This document shows, piece after piece, positions 25,411 through 37,785 of a stretch of 64,000 nt of DNA. The stretch's first letter is position 1. Every line of letters begins with the position of its first letter. The stretch comes from Octopus sinensis (lineage: Eukaryota). Below the pieces are notes generated by a model. It ran no database searches, was not told the origin of the DNA, and was given only the letters and a program-made list of their open reading frames with translations. The stretch lies in NCBI RefSeq assembly GCF_006345805.1, contig NC_043016.1, positions 31,620,001-31,684,000 on the forward strand. The letters are read 5' to 3'. Position numbers and translations under genes: made by a program.

Positions 25411-28084
25411 GTTTATAATCATAAACTCACCAACTTAAAGCTGGTTTACACTGCAGAAACAAATGTCTCCTTGTCTTGACATCGTGTGATAGTTGTGAGT
25501 GTCATTCGTTTTCAGTATTCTGCAAAAATGTCTGGCTAGGGGGAAATAATACCTTGCTTGAAAACAGATAAAGGTTGGTGTTAGGAATATTATCCAACTA
25601 TAGGAAATCTGCCTCAGTAAACTCTGAAAGAATAGAAAAGTAGATATTAAAACAATGATATTGTTATTGCATGTATTTCATTCAGCCACATGACAACTGT
25701 CTGAAGAAATAGTATTGCTATAGTAGCTTGGCTTCTATGTAATGTCAAGTTTAATTTTTTTTACAGTAATCACAACGATAGAGTTAAAGAGTTAACTCTA
25801 ATTTTAATTAGAAATGGCAAGTGGAGTAAAAAATATACATATCTCTGTGAATAGGATTCCAACTCATTGCTAAGTAAACATATTTTATTTACATGAAGAT
25901 TGAACTACAGTTTAATTACAAGGAAAAAGGGAAAAAAACAGGTAGGGATTAAACAGCAGAAGATGTTAGAGGTAGGGAATACACCCCAGAATAAATGGCA
26001 TGTTCTGCCACACCCTGCAGACATGACCGTGTTGCATTGCTGCAGAGAATGGCCAGTGGCAGCCACCCCTACTTGTGGGGTTCATTTCTTAGATGGGCCA
26101 CAGTTATCCTGATTTTACAGAGGTCTGAGAACACCCCCAAATCTCAATGGTAACTGGCACAAAGTGTTAGTGGTTGTTCAGGCTCCTATATTTATTTATT
26201 TTTCTTTCATCTGTGTTATGAGAGGTGATAGCCAGGTTTGTGGTTGATGCAGCAAGGGTGGAACTGTTTTTCCCTAGAGTCAATAAAGCATCTTCATTTG
26301 GATATGTAGCAATTGATTATTGAACCAACAGTCTGGTTTGTTACTCAGATAATCAATTTACTTTCATTATGTCTCATTCAAAGAGATAAAACAGAAGAGA
26401 AAAGCTATGCATTCATAGCATCAATTAAAGAGTAGAGAAATGTTGAAAATGAGAAGAACAGTGAAAAACAATGGTTGTGAGGTAAAGTTGCTGGCCTACT
26501 AGCTATGTGGTTGGGAGTTCAAACCTACTATATACAACCATGAACTGTTCCCTGAAGTAGGTTTAATATTCAGCTTACCACACAATTACCTCACAATATG
26601 ATCAGATAATCTGGTCTAATACAATAGGGGTCTCTGTGTGGTTACTTGCCTTGGTAGAAATAGCAGCCAATTTTCTCTTAGATCAAACACTACCATCTTT
26701 AAAAAATGGTTCTGTTCAAAGTGATTGATTGAGGAGAAATTGCACTTTTATTTCACTATTAAGTGGTTAGGATTTGGAAAGACATCCAGCTTGCAAAATT
26801 TATTCCAAAACACTACAGTATCCATGCTAAGAAGTGGGGGAAAATGGTTATAAAAACAGAAATATATAAAATGTCCATTCTTCAAGATGTATACACTCAA
26901 TTTACTTAAGTGAAACAACCATTTGTCATAGCTTTATCTAGTTTCTAATCAGTAAAATCTGCCCCTATTAAGCAATTAGTATGCAATTTGTGGCATTCGT
27001 GTGTTTAGTCATAATACACACGTGTATATTTGTCATCATCGGGGTACATGTTCCTACAACTGGCTGTACCTTCTCTTTCAGCTCTATCCACTGTCAGTTG
27101 TCTCCTCTCCAGCCTGGTCAAAGTTACTTTCATCTTGGGCAACCTCTTGGATGTTATTAGTCTTGTGGGCATTATTCTGTCACCTGTTCAAGGATAAAAG
27201 ATAAAGCTTCTTCCTGAGTCATATAGTCTCACAGGGCCAGTTTCCTGGTGTCCATGGCGCATATATTTCACCCTGGGCAGGACACTAGACCTCTGCAGGA
27301 ATACTCATTTTTATGCCAACTGAGTGGACCAGAGCTATATGAAATGAAATAGAGTGTTTTGCTAAAGAACACAAACCATTACCTGGTCCAGGAATCAAAA
27401 CCACAATCTTTTGATCATGAATCCACACATTCATTAATCACTAAATCATGTGCCTCTCTTGTCACCTGTTTGGTCTACTTATGCTTCTGTTGCTTGAAAA
27501 GAATTGATTATGTTGATAACCACTATCTTCTCTCAGATCCAACTGGCTTTTTTTTCTTTTCCTTTTTGTCATGTAGTATCAGTTACATCATAATATATTC
27601 CATGGCTCCATCTTGGATGGTGACTAATCATTGTGAGCTTTCTTTACTGATATGCTTCATCATCACATCATCATCATCCTTTAATGTCTATTTTCCATGC
27701 TGGCATGGGTTGGACAGTTTGTCATGATAGAATCCAGCTTGCTGAATACAACCCAGTTGCTGGTTGCAATATGTTGTTGCCAAGTGATCATAGGCATCAA
27801 CTTCTTTAAACTCCTTATCTTGATGTTGATTCTGATGATTGTTCTATCCGACATGGTATTATTTTATCTTTTACTTGTTTCACTCATTAGACTTTGGCCA
27901 GGCTGGGGCTCTACTTTGAAGAATTTTTTAGTCAAATGAAATGACCCCAGTAGTTATTTATTTTAAGACCTAGTACTTATTCTATATACCTGTTTGCTGA
28001 ACCACTAAGTTACAGGCACATAAACACACCAACACTGGTTGAGGATAAACAAACGCATACACATCACATTTATATATATAAAGC

Positions 28085-28420
28085 ACATGATTCCTGGGAG
28101 CGACAGTTACAAGTTTTATTTAAGGATTTAGTAGTGGTACTCCTATCCGCTATATCAATACTACAATTTGTTCCACTAGAATCTGGCTCCATAGGATCTT
28201 TATTTAATCTATAACTAATATTATTACTAAGTTTATATCTCTTATTTGCGGCAATAATTGAAAATTGAGTGGTATTTATGTCCTTGGGGGAAGTTTTTTC
28301 AACACTCTAATAAAATAATTTACAGAGGTTTCTAATTTGGAGGGGAAAAAGGTGGATTGAACCAAATTATATCCCGTTTCCTAGATTTCTTATCATTTTT
28401 ATTAGAAGTAACAGTCTGCC
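28085..28420 (-). mobile_element. Penelope-like element ORF fragment (RT-to-GIY-YIG linker)
   Basis: The minus strand gives KSRKRDIIWFNPPF...HKYHSIFN...KTCNCRSQESC, matching the characteristic PLE linker (RKRNIIWFNPPFS...CNCR...CPL); truncated at (TA)n. Confidence 0.8.
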
Positions 28421-28694
28421 TATAATTTATGTTTTTAAAACCGTATATATATTTCTATACTTTTATCATCTATGTCTTAATATAAATATGTGGTTATTTG
28501 AATGGAATAATATCTCATGTCATACATCTGAATTATGAATTTGCTTGTCTGAATGTTTAAGACTAATATCTGAAATTTTTATCTTATACCAAATTTTATT
28601 CATCTTTAGCTCATATACAAGTGTAACAACAGTTGTACTATATACTGAAGCTTTATCTCCATTAAAATTCTTGTGTATATATATATATATATAT

Positions 28695-29090
28695 ATTTGT
28701 AAAAAATGAAGTTCGAAAATGCTGCTATATTATACAATTTTTAATTTTTATATATACATTATAACATGTTTCAGTTCCTGAAATGAACCTTATCAAAAAT
28801 GTTATATATAAAAAAAGACAGCTCATGCCGTCAAACACAAGAAATTCATTTATAATACACAACGGAGTCAGACATCTTAAAGTTCAAATATAGTTTGAAG
28901 TAAGTTCATTCATGCTATATGTTCAAAGTGTTCGATGCAGTGGCCCATGGTGGCGATACGTATTCAATACAAAAAACAGATCAAAGTGGTGGAAAGCAGT
29001 CAATACAGAAAATTGATGTTCCCGAAAGAGCGAGGAATTCATTTTTACCTTGAGCAATTGTGATGACCCATGGTGGGTGTTCGCTGGGTG
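28695..29090 (-). mobile_element. Penelope terminal-repeat-like element (same family as 42117-42650), 3' end at (TA)n
   Basis: Clear similarity to 42117-42460; conserved donor CAAG|GTAAAA and a hammerhead motif; directly upstream of the PLE ORF fragment on the same strand. Confidence 0.7.
28756..28802 (-). ncRNA. Minimal type I hammerhead ribozyme, U3-A8 variant
   Basis: Minus strand: ACATTT-TTGATAA-GGTTC(ATTTCAG)GAACT-GAAA-C(AT)G-TT^-ATAATGT, with palindromic stem III/loop AACATGTT. Confidence 0.6.
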
Positions 29091-29529
29091 ATATATATAT
29101 ATATGATTGGCTTCTTTCAGTTTCTGTTTAACAAATCCACTCACAAGGGTTCTAGTGGAAGACACTTGCCTGAGGTACCACACAGTGGGACTGAACCCAG
29201 AACCATGTGATCGAGAGGCAATCTTCTTACCACAGAACCGGAAAGAGAGACTGAAAGTGAGATACAACTAAACAGAGGAAAGGGGATTAAGACAACTTGA
29301 AATGTAAGACAAACACCTTTAGTAAACATACAGTTTAGCATCACTGTGGAGAATAAGCACAACTGTTACGCTACAGGCTTTGTGTTGGAGGGAAGATAAC
29401 ATTCCCTTTTTCTGTGCACTGTCAGTTAAAACTTGTGGCCTAACAACTGTGTTTACTTTACAGAGTGATGCTAAATTGTATGTTTACAAAAGGTTTGCCT
29501 TACATTTCAGATAGTTCTAAAAAGAAAAC

Positions 29530-29875
29530 AAAAAATAAGCATATGCCAGAACTGGGCGCCACTGCATAGTGCCAAGGACTCCAAATTTGCCATCAAGATG
29601 TAGGACAAGATACTGTGATAGCCTGTGCTTCCGAGGCCCACAGCTCTTCAATATCCTCCCGAAGAACCTAAGAGACCTGCATGGGGTGGATGCAGATGTC
29701 TTTAAAATAAAACTGGATCTCTTCTTGTCAGGTGTCCCAGGGCAGCTGCATCGAACTCTCTCATGCACCAAATGGCAATTGCTAAAAAGCATTCGTGAAG
29801 TAAAATCATGTAGCAACACCAAATGGCAGTGCCCCAGCATGGCCACAGCTTGTGAGCCGAAACTAGATAAAAATT
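29530..29875 (+). mobile_element. CR1/L2-type LINE 3' end
   Basis: RTGRHCIVP...SLCFRGPQLFNILPKNLRDL...FKIKLDLFLSGVP matches the CR1/L2-group ORF2 C-terminus. Confidence 0.8.
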
Positions 29876-30244
29876 TTTAAAAATAAAAAAATGTATAAGG
29901 CACTATTTAATTACTTCATATGTATATGTGGTATGTGCATTTATATATGTATGTATGTATACATCTTTCATCATCTATCTTTTACATGTTTCAGTCACTA
30001 AACTGAGGCCATACTGGGGCACCGCCTTGAAGAATTTTTAGTTGAATGAATTGATCATATAACTTATTTTATTGGTCTCTTTCTTTTTTTGCCAAACCAC
30101 TAAGTTACAGGGATGTAAACACACCAACATTGGCTGTCAAGTGGTTAATGAGACAAACACAGACACAAAGACACACACACATACACGATAGGCTTCTTTT
30201 CACTTCCCATCTACCAAATCTGCTCACAAAATATATATATACAT

Positions 30245-30480
30245 ATATATAGGGAGAGTTTACGAAAAAAAAACAAAAGACGAAGACATGTGGTGTACAA
30301 AACAAACAGATGTATTAGTATAACGCTCAGGAATAGAAAAAGTCTTATGTTCCGAGCCTACGCTCTTCTACAGAAAAGGACACAGAAAAAAAAGGAGAGA
30401 AAAAAATGTGTGTAGTGGCTAAAGATCTATCATGGCGACTAGTGTCGGACAGAAGGGTCAAACACAAGGAGGCAAGTAGG
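30245..30480 (-). mobile_element. (TA)n-anchored short repeat with degenerate hammerhead-like motif
   Basis: Minus strand CTGTAGA-A-GAGC(GTAG)GCTC-GGAAC; 3'-end fragments of the same family at 37310-37390 (+) and 40205-40310 (-), all ending at (TA)n. Confidence 0.45.
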
Positions 30481-30957
30481 ATATAATATATATTATATAT
30501 ATATATAATACACATATATAATATATATATAATATATAAATATAAATATATATTATATATATATAATACACACACACATATATATATATATACACACATA
30601 TATATGTGTGTGTGTGTATTATATATATTTATATTATATTTATATATTATATATATATATACATTATATATGTGTATTATATATATATAATATATAAATA
30701 TTATATATATATGTATTATATATATATATTATGTATATAATAGATATGGCTGTATTAATTCAACTAAGGTAGATGGTTTCACATATAGGTTTCATTCTGC
30801 ATTCTGTTAGTACTTCACTGTTACGAATATGGTTGTTCAGTTTGGTGTTGGAGATAGTAGGCAAGTATCACATATGAAAAGTGTCAAGCTGGTCGTTATG
30901 CTTTTGGTACAGAGTCCAAAAGCTAGCACTATAAATAGATGATGTCAAAACCACCAG

Positions 30958-31920
30958 GTCCATTATCCAGGAAAAAGATGCACTTGTATATCTGTCAGTA
31001 GAGTGGGTATATTATCAGAAATGTATAATATTATATATCCATCACAGCTGATCTTACCAATCGGTTTTGCGCTAGGGGTGCAATGGAGTGTTAGGTAACA
31101 AACCGATTATATAACCCTACGCTCATCAGGGGTAGATGATACATTGACTTTCACCTTCAACAATATGTCACAGATGTTCCAAAGCCTGTGATAAAGCTTA
31201 CTTATTTCAAAGATTTGAGGAAAGTTGACTCCAACATCAGGACCAACTTCATGCAAGCATGAAGGCATACTGATGAAACGCTACTCTTTTAAATAGAAAC
31301 CTTACCTGTCATTGAGATTTTGTGACATGAAGCAAAGCAGGCCTCACATAGCACTAGAGTGAACCACAACCACTCGAGCAAACTGAGTCTTCAACTTGTT
31401 CCATTTGGCAAAAAGTTTGTAATGCACCAGCGACACATTTCTGCCCATAGAATATGATTACTGCTTTATTTTACTGAATCTCATTTATCGTTCAGGAGAA
31501 GAGAATCCATCATCATCTTTTATATATATATATATTTATGTATGTATGTATGTGTGTGTGTGTGTATGCATGCATGTATAAGTAAGTCATCTAAAAGTCC
31601 ATAATCCAGGAAAAAGATGCACTTGTATATCTGTCAATAGAGTGGGTATGTTATCTGAAGTGTACAGTATTATATATCCATCACAGCTGATCTTACCAAT
31701 CGGTTTCACACTAGGGGTGCAATGGAGTGTTAGGTAACAAACCGATTATATAACCCTACGCTCATCAGGGGTAGACAATACAGAATGAAATATGGTGACT
31801 GATGAGCATAGGGTTATATAATCAGATTGTTACCTAACACTTCATTGTACCCCTAGCACAAACCAATTGTTAAGATCAGCCGTGATGGATATGTAATACT
31901 GTACACTTCAGATAACATAT
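30958..31920. repeat. 179-bp direct repeats (30958-31136, 31597-31775) plus an adjacent ~122-bp inverted copy (31799-31920)
   Basis: GTCCAT.ATCCAGGAAAAAGATGCACTTG...GCTCATCAGGGGTAGA repeated at a 639-bp period; the third copy is the reverse complement of 31645-31768. Confidence 0.9.
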
Positions 31921-32989
31921 ATATATATATCCTTTAAGTTTGTTTGTGTGAAATATTTTAAGTGCACTCATAAAAAGCCACCTATGCTATTTATTCTGGC
32001 TATTATTATTTCCTTCTTATTATTCCCATCTTCCAGAGTAATTTTATGGGATGGTTATTAGTCTGGTGCTGCTAGAGAATATAAATTTCCATCCAAAAGT
32101 TCTTGTTATTACTACATGCACACACACACTCATACATATATTGACTTTGTTTCAGAACAAATATTGATGTTACTCGCCAAGTGAGTTTATGTGACTCAGC
32201 TCTACTCTTTCTTTTAATATATTTTATGTAATGAAACTGAAACCTGTACAAATGGGAACATTTGTGTCATCAGCATTGTTAATCAATTTTTCTTTTTCAT
32301 TTTTTTTTTTGTATTTTGGTTTGAATATTTGAAAGAAAAGAAAAATGGATTGAAATAATCAATTTTTTTTACTATTTATTGAACATATTCTAGTCAACCA
32401 TTTAACAACTTAGTGTGTCATATGTATGGAAATAGATATAGCATCAAAGTGAATATTTAATGTAATTCACTTGTAATTTTTGCTTATGAGGAAATATGTT
32501 TAAATTTATAGGCATTCTGGCCATGATCTTTCCATCTAGTTTTGAATACCTAGAACTACATTATATAGTATGTCCTTTCCTTTTTTACGACAACACTATG
32601 TGAAGGTTTTTCAGATTTTCTTGTTATTTCTAGCAAGTTTGTGATCTAGAGGACTCCCTTGTAAACATGAAGTATGGTGGTTCTACAAGATACAAAGTAG
32701 ATGTTGATTCATAATGCTATGAGTTCATATGTAAAAAACTGAACATATTATTATTAGTGTTCACACTACAAATAATAATAATGATTTCAAATTTTGGTAC
32801 AAGGCCGGCAATTTTTAGGGTTGGGTAAGTTGATTACTTTGATCCTAGTGTTAAATTGGCACTTGTTTTATTGACCCTGAAAGGATGAAAGGCAAAGTCA
32901 ACTTCAGCAGAATTTGAACTCAGAATGTAAAGATGGATGAAATGCTGCTAAACACTCTGCCCAGCATGATAATGATTCTGCCAGCTCAC

Positions 32990-34245
32990 CACTCAGAGAG
33001 TGCAAACCTCTGCCAGGGCAACACCAATGTCCTCTCAAGGATTAGCCAGAGATGGTTTTTAAAATGAGAAAGACTTGAAAGTCAACGTAAGATCGTAATC
33101 ATGTAAAGTAAAGTAGATATAATAAATAATCTAGAATCTTTGTCTGGTACTGGATCAATCCCAAAATCTAATCACTTTGTGCCAGTCATGAGGCTAAACA
33201 TCCCTGAAAGTTTCATCTGAATCTATCTGGCTGTTCTTGAGATATCTTCTCCACAGGCAAGCAAACAAACTTGACTGAAAACAATACCTCCGCCTTTGCT
33301 AAGGCAGACGTAATAATAATAATAAGAGCACTCAGAGAGCACAAACCTCCACCATGGCAACACCAACATTCTCTCAATGATTAGCTAGGAATGATTTTTA
33401 GAATGAGAATATCTGAAATAAACTCAACTGCTCTCATAAACGAGAATACTAAAAATGAACCCAACCGCTCTCAAACAGAAAAATAATCCAAATATCGGCC
33501 TTCGGGCTAAAACATTTTTAAGGATTTATATATATATATTGAGTGAGAGATGAAAGACTAATACAGTGAAGGAGAAGTAGTAAGAGTAATAGCCATGACT
33601 GAGAGGGAGTGGGAGAAAGTAATGACAATGAAAAAGAAGAAATGAAGTGGCAAAGAGAGCATTGTATGAATGAGAAAGAAAGGGGTGATAGATGAATAAT
33701 GATAATAGATGAATAATAATAATAACAATAATACTACTACTAATAATAATATTTTCTATATGATTACATTTGATTTGATTTTGGTGTATTTATGTTAATG
33801 GCCTATCATTATAGACAGTGAGAAGACACATAGCAAAAAATAGTGACAAAGCTGAAAGAAGAAAAATTCACAATAATAATAATAATAATAATAAGAGCAC
33901 TCAGAGAGTGCAAACCTCCACCAAGGCAACACCAACATCTTCTCAATGATTAGCCAGAGGTGATTTTCAAAATAAGGATATTTTAAATTCAACTGTTCTC
34001 ATAAATGAGAATACTAAAAATGAACCCAACTGCTCTCAAAAATAAAGTAAAAAAGCCTGAAAAATAATCCAGAATCCTTGTCCATTACTGGATTGACCTC
34101 AAAATCTAATCAGTTCGTGCTAGTTATGAGGCCAAACATCCCTGAAATTTTCCTCTGAATCCATCCAGCGCTTCTTGCAATATTATGTCCATGGAAAAAC
34201 AAACATGACTGAAAACAATACCTCCATCCTCACTAAGGCAGCGGT
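32990..34245 (-). mobile_element. Cluster of three Helentron/HINE-like non-autonomous elements (32990-33312, 33325-33500, 33895-34245)
   Basis: Shared termini: a 5' hairpin ACCTCCGCC...AAGGC.GA.GT and 3' CCTTGG.GGAGGTTTG..CTCTCTGAGTGCTC, embedded in (TAA)n; same family as 54860-55890. Confidence 0.55.
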
Positions 34246-34247
34246 AA

Positions 34248-34288
<41 letters not shown>

Positions 34289-34304
34289 ATAATAAATAAT
34301 AATA

Positions 34305-34880
34305 ATAAATGCCCTGATGCAGTACCAGGCAGTGGCTCTCATGGCTTCTGATCATAACTGATTGGAAGTGTTATCATGTACATTGTTTTGTCTTGGTATA
34401 AAAGATGGGCTACAGCAAATATTCTGCTCAATACCACAGATTTGCTTGTTAGTTGTTTGACCTTAACCAGTCAAGCATGTCCCTTAGTGGCTGACAATAT
34501 GTGCATCTCTGATCATCAGCAGATGTAGTGGGGGAAAATCATAGCCATGTGTTGAAAGGAATTCTTTGAGGTTTGGACAATTCACTTTTGGAAACATGGG
34601 TATTTTGTTCATCATCCATAAACAACCCTTATTCAGGGACCATTTAAGCTGGATGGGCTACTCAACCTGAAGAAAATTCTAACTGGGCCCCACCTGCAAG
34701 GTCATATGCTGTTTATCTTGATATGAGATCACTATGTAGTGCACATATGGTTGTGATGCATGTGCCTGGTGTACCCTTATCAGACGGGTAGTCATGATGG
34801 GTATACAGGGCTTCGTATATTTTACCCCAGTGTCACTTTGATGGCACGCACTGCTCTCCCACTCAATAATAATGTCTTGA
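34305..34880 (-). mobile_element. ~570-bp retroposon-like repeat with (TTA/CTA)n tail
   Basis: A non-coding segment whose minus-strand 3' end runs into (TTA)n/(CTA)n at 34245-34305; single copy here, recognised from memory as an octopus repeat type. Confidence 0.4.
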
Positions 34881-35228
34881 GGTGGTTTGAAAGTGAATTG
34901 GTTCCTCCTACTGCTAATCCTGTCAAAGTTCAGAATCATGGAAGTTGATAACCTATATGTGTTACGTTGCCTAGTTATAAAGTTCAGGAGTGGAAACTTA
35001 CTAGCAAACAAAAACTTAACTGACAAGAATTAAAGGATATAGTGGTGGAGAGATGACTTATTGTTCTGAGACTGAAAGTAAATAAATGAGGTTGTTTAGT
35101 ACCAGTTTGTCCTTGAATGGACTAACTTATCATCAATGACCTTCCAACCATGATAATCTCATTTTAGTCAGACATAGTATATCTACTACTACATCATACA
35201 ATGGGAAGGATAGTTTGTCTTTCTTATT

Positions 35229-35445
35229 TTAATTCTTTAGCATTTTTAATTGGCTGTATTTGGCTCAAATATTCTACCTGTTTTATGTTAAAACTGGCCA
35301 GATTTGACCTTTTATACCTACCCTAGAATGTCATTCAAAAAATAAACAATCACATCATTGAAATCTCTGAGCTATGAGATAATTCAAAACAAGGCGAATA
35401 AATAAGCCTTACATTTGACAGAGGAATCAGAATGTTGAATAGTTA
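35229..35445. mobile_element. Degenerate piggyBac-type MITE
   Basis: TTAA at both ends with eroded termini ..TTTAGCATT / AATGTTGAATAG. Confidence 0.4.
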
Positions 35446-36337
35446 AGATGTGGTGTGATTTGAGCATTATTTGGCTGTTTTTTTCTTAAAACATGAAGCA
35501 ACCACCAAGAGGTGTCCTTCTTTGGTTTGACTCAATAAATATGTTTTGCCGAGGAGGGTGTTTATTATTTATGTGGACAATGACTAAGAGAATAAAACTG
35601 AAAGCAAGCCTCAAAGGAAATTTCATGTCCAAGAATTTACCAAAGTGGAACTTATTTAAGCATGTAATTACTGGTGCAGGCATGGCTGTGTGATAAGAAG
35701 CTTGCTTCCCAGCCACATGGTTCTGGGTTCAGTCCCACTATGATGCACCTTGAGCAACTGTCTTCTGTTGTAGTCTTGACTGACCAAAGCCTTGTGAGTA
35801 GATTTGGTAAATGGAAACTGAAAGAAGTTTTTAATAAAGTAAAATCACATCCATATGAAGAGAAAAAAAAATATTCATTACTTATATAACTCTTGTAAAG
35901 AAAAGCAAAATAGACCATTCTAAAATCTGAACTGATTAAAAGTTTAAATGGATGAAAAATGTGGTGGGAAGTGAGTTAATAAATGTACATATTTCAATCT
36001 TGCCAGAAATATAGCTAGGTCATATGGAGATAATTAATTAATTAATTGAGAGTACTACATGATACTTTTGTATCATGTAGTCGTAGTAGTAGTAATTTCA
36101 GTAGTATTAAATAAACTGTTAGTAGGACCCGTTCTGTTTAACATGACATGACCAAGAAAACACATCAGCGTAACTAATATCTCTCACGCAATTAGATTAT
36201 TTTGAAATGGTGTTGCACATCTCAGTCCTACTGCTTTGACTAGTGTTAAACTGTGTAGGGCTGTGTTGTAAATCTTCTAATATAATAATGAGCGTAGTTT
36301 TTTTAATATATTTGTGTGTGTGTGTATGTATGTGTAC

Positions 36338-36426
<89 letters not shown>

Positions 36427-37440
36427 GATACAGATAGATAGATAGATATTTGTCCAGAATCATGCTGGATGCAGAGGAGGAGTGAAAATAGTAATTCAGT
36501 GAGGGAGAAGTAATGAGAGTAAAAGCCCTGACTGAAGGGGAGTGAGACAAAGTAATACTAATGAGAGAAAGGAAGGGGTGGGAAAAAAAAGATCAGTGAT
36601 TCAACTCTGTGTGAGCATTTGTGTGCATGTACAAGTGAAGTATGTGAATGTTTGTATGGGTGATTATTATGAACCTTATTTTGTACCTTATTTATATATA
36701 TAATACTACAATTAAATAAATAAATAAATAAATGTGCCCTTTTAAAGCCTAGCCAGGCTCATGGGCCCAGTTTCCCGGTTTCAATGGCATATGTGTTCCC
36801 CAGCTGGATGGGACACCAGTCCATCGCAGCGTTACTCATTTTTGCCAGCTGAGTGGACTCGAGCAACGTGAAATGAAGTGTTTTTCTCAAGAACACAACA
36901 CGTCGCCCAGTCCAGGAATCAAAACCACAATCTTACGATCATGATGCTGACACCCTCACCACTAAGCTACATGCCTCCACTAATACTACAATTAGCCGTC
37001 ATTATTCATGGCATGTGGTCAGCTAGTTAATCATAAATCATTCTGATAGAACTCAGCTTGTTCTGGTTTATCTGGTGATTGCATTTGGGATATGTGATGT
37101 AAATTTGGTTAGGGCGTGGATGTATTTTAGAACCACATATAGAAAATAAAGTCTAACAGTTGCTACTTGGGTGAAGTTCTACTTTACACACACCATATAA
37201 GTGTAAGAATCTGCGAGGAGAATACATTAAATAAAATCATAATTAACTGATCCTCCTGTATTTTCTCTTACCTAAAGTAAGGAACTTTTCAGCACCTCCA
37301 CCCTCACTTCCCAAGCGTTAAACTAATACATCTGTTTGTTGTTTACACATCCGTCTTTGTCTTTTGTTTTTTTGTAAATTCTCACAATATATATATATAT
37401 ATATTTATGTGTGTGAGTATATATACATATATATAATATG

Positions 37441-37630
37441 ATATGTGACAATTATTCGGTTGCCATAATAAAACTCTGAGTTTCGGATGTTGGGGCACCT
37501 GCTCTGGCATCTCTTCAGTTATCGAGGCAGTTATCAGTTATCGATAACTGAAGAGATGCCAGAGCAGGTTTCCGCCCCAACATCCAAAACTCAAGAGTTT
37601 TATTATGGCAACCGAATAATTGTCACATAT
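37441..37630. mobile_element. 190-bp near-perfect fold-back element (MITE, probable TA TSD)
   Basis: ATATGTGACAATTATTCGGTTGCCATAATAAAACTCT...CAGTTATCGA pairs with TCGATAACTG...AGAGTTTTATTATGGCAACCGAATAATTGTCACATAT; 15-nt loop. Confidence 0.85.
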
Positions 37631-37735
37631 TATATTGCACATAAATTCCTCTATTTACATAATATTGAGGTCACTTTCATTCTTTTGTTGTCTTACCATT
37701 ACTATTAATATATATACATATACATATATATGTAT

Positions 37736-37782
<47 letters not shown>

Positions 37783-37785
<3 letters not shown>

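Noticed and set aside
31272-31305. CTGATGA...GAAAC motif
   Set aside because: The intervening sequence cannot form stem II.
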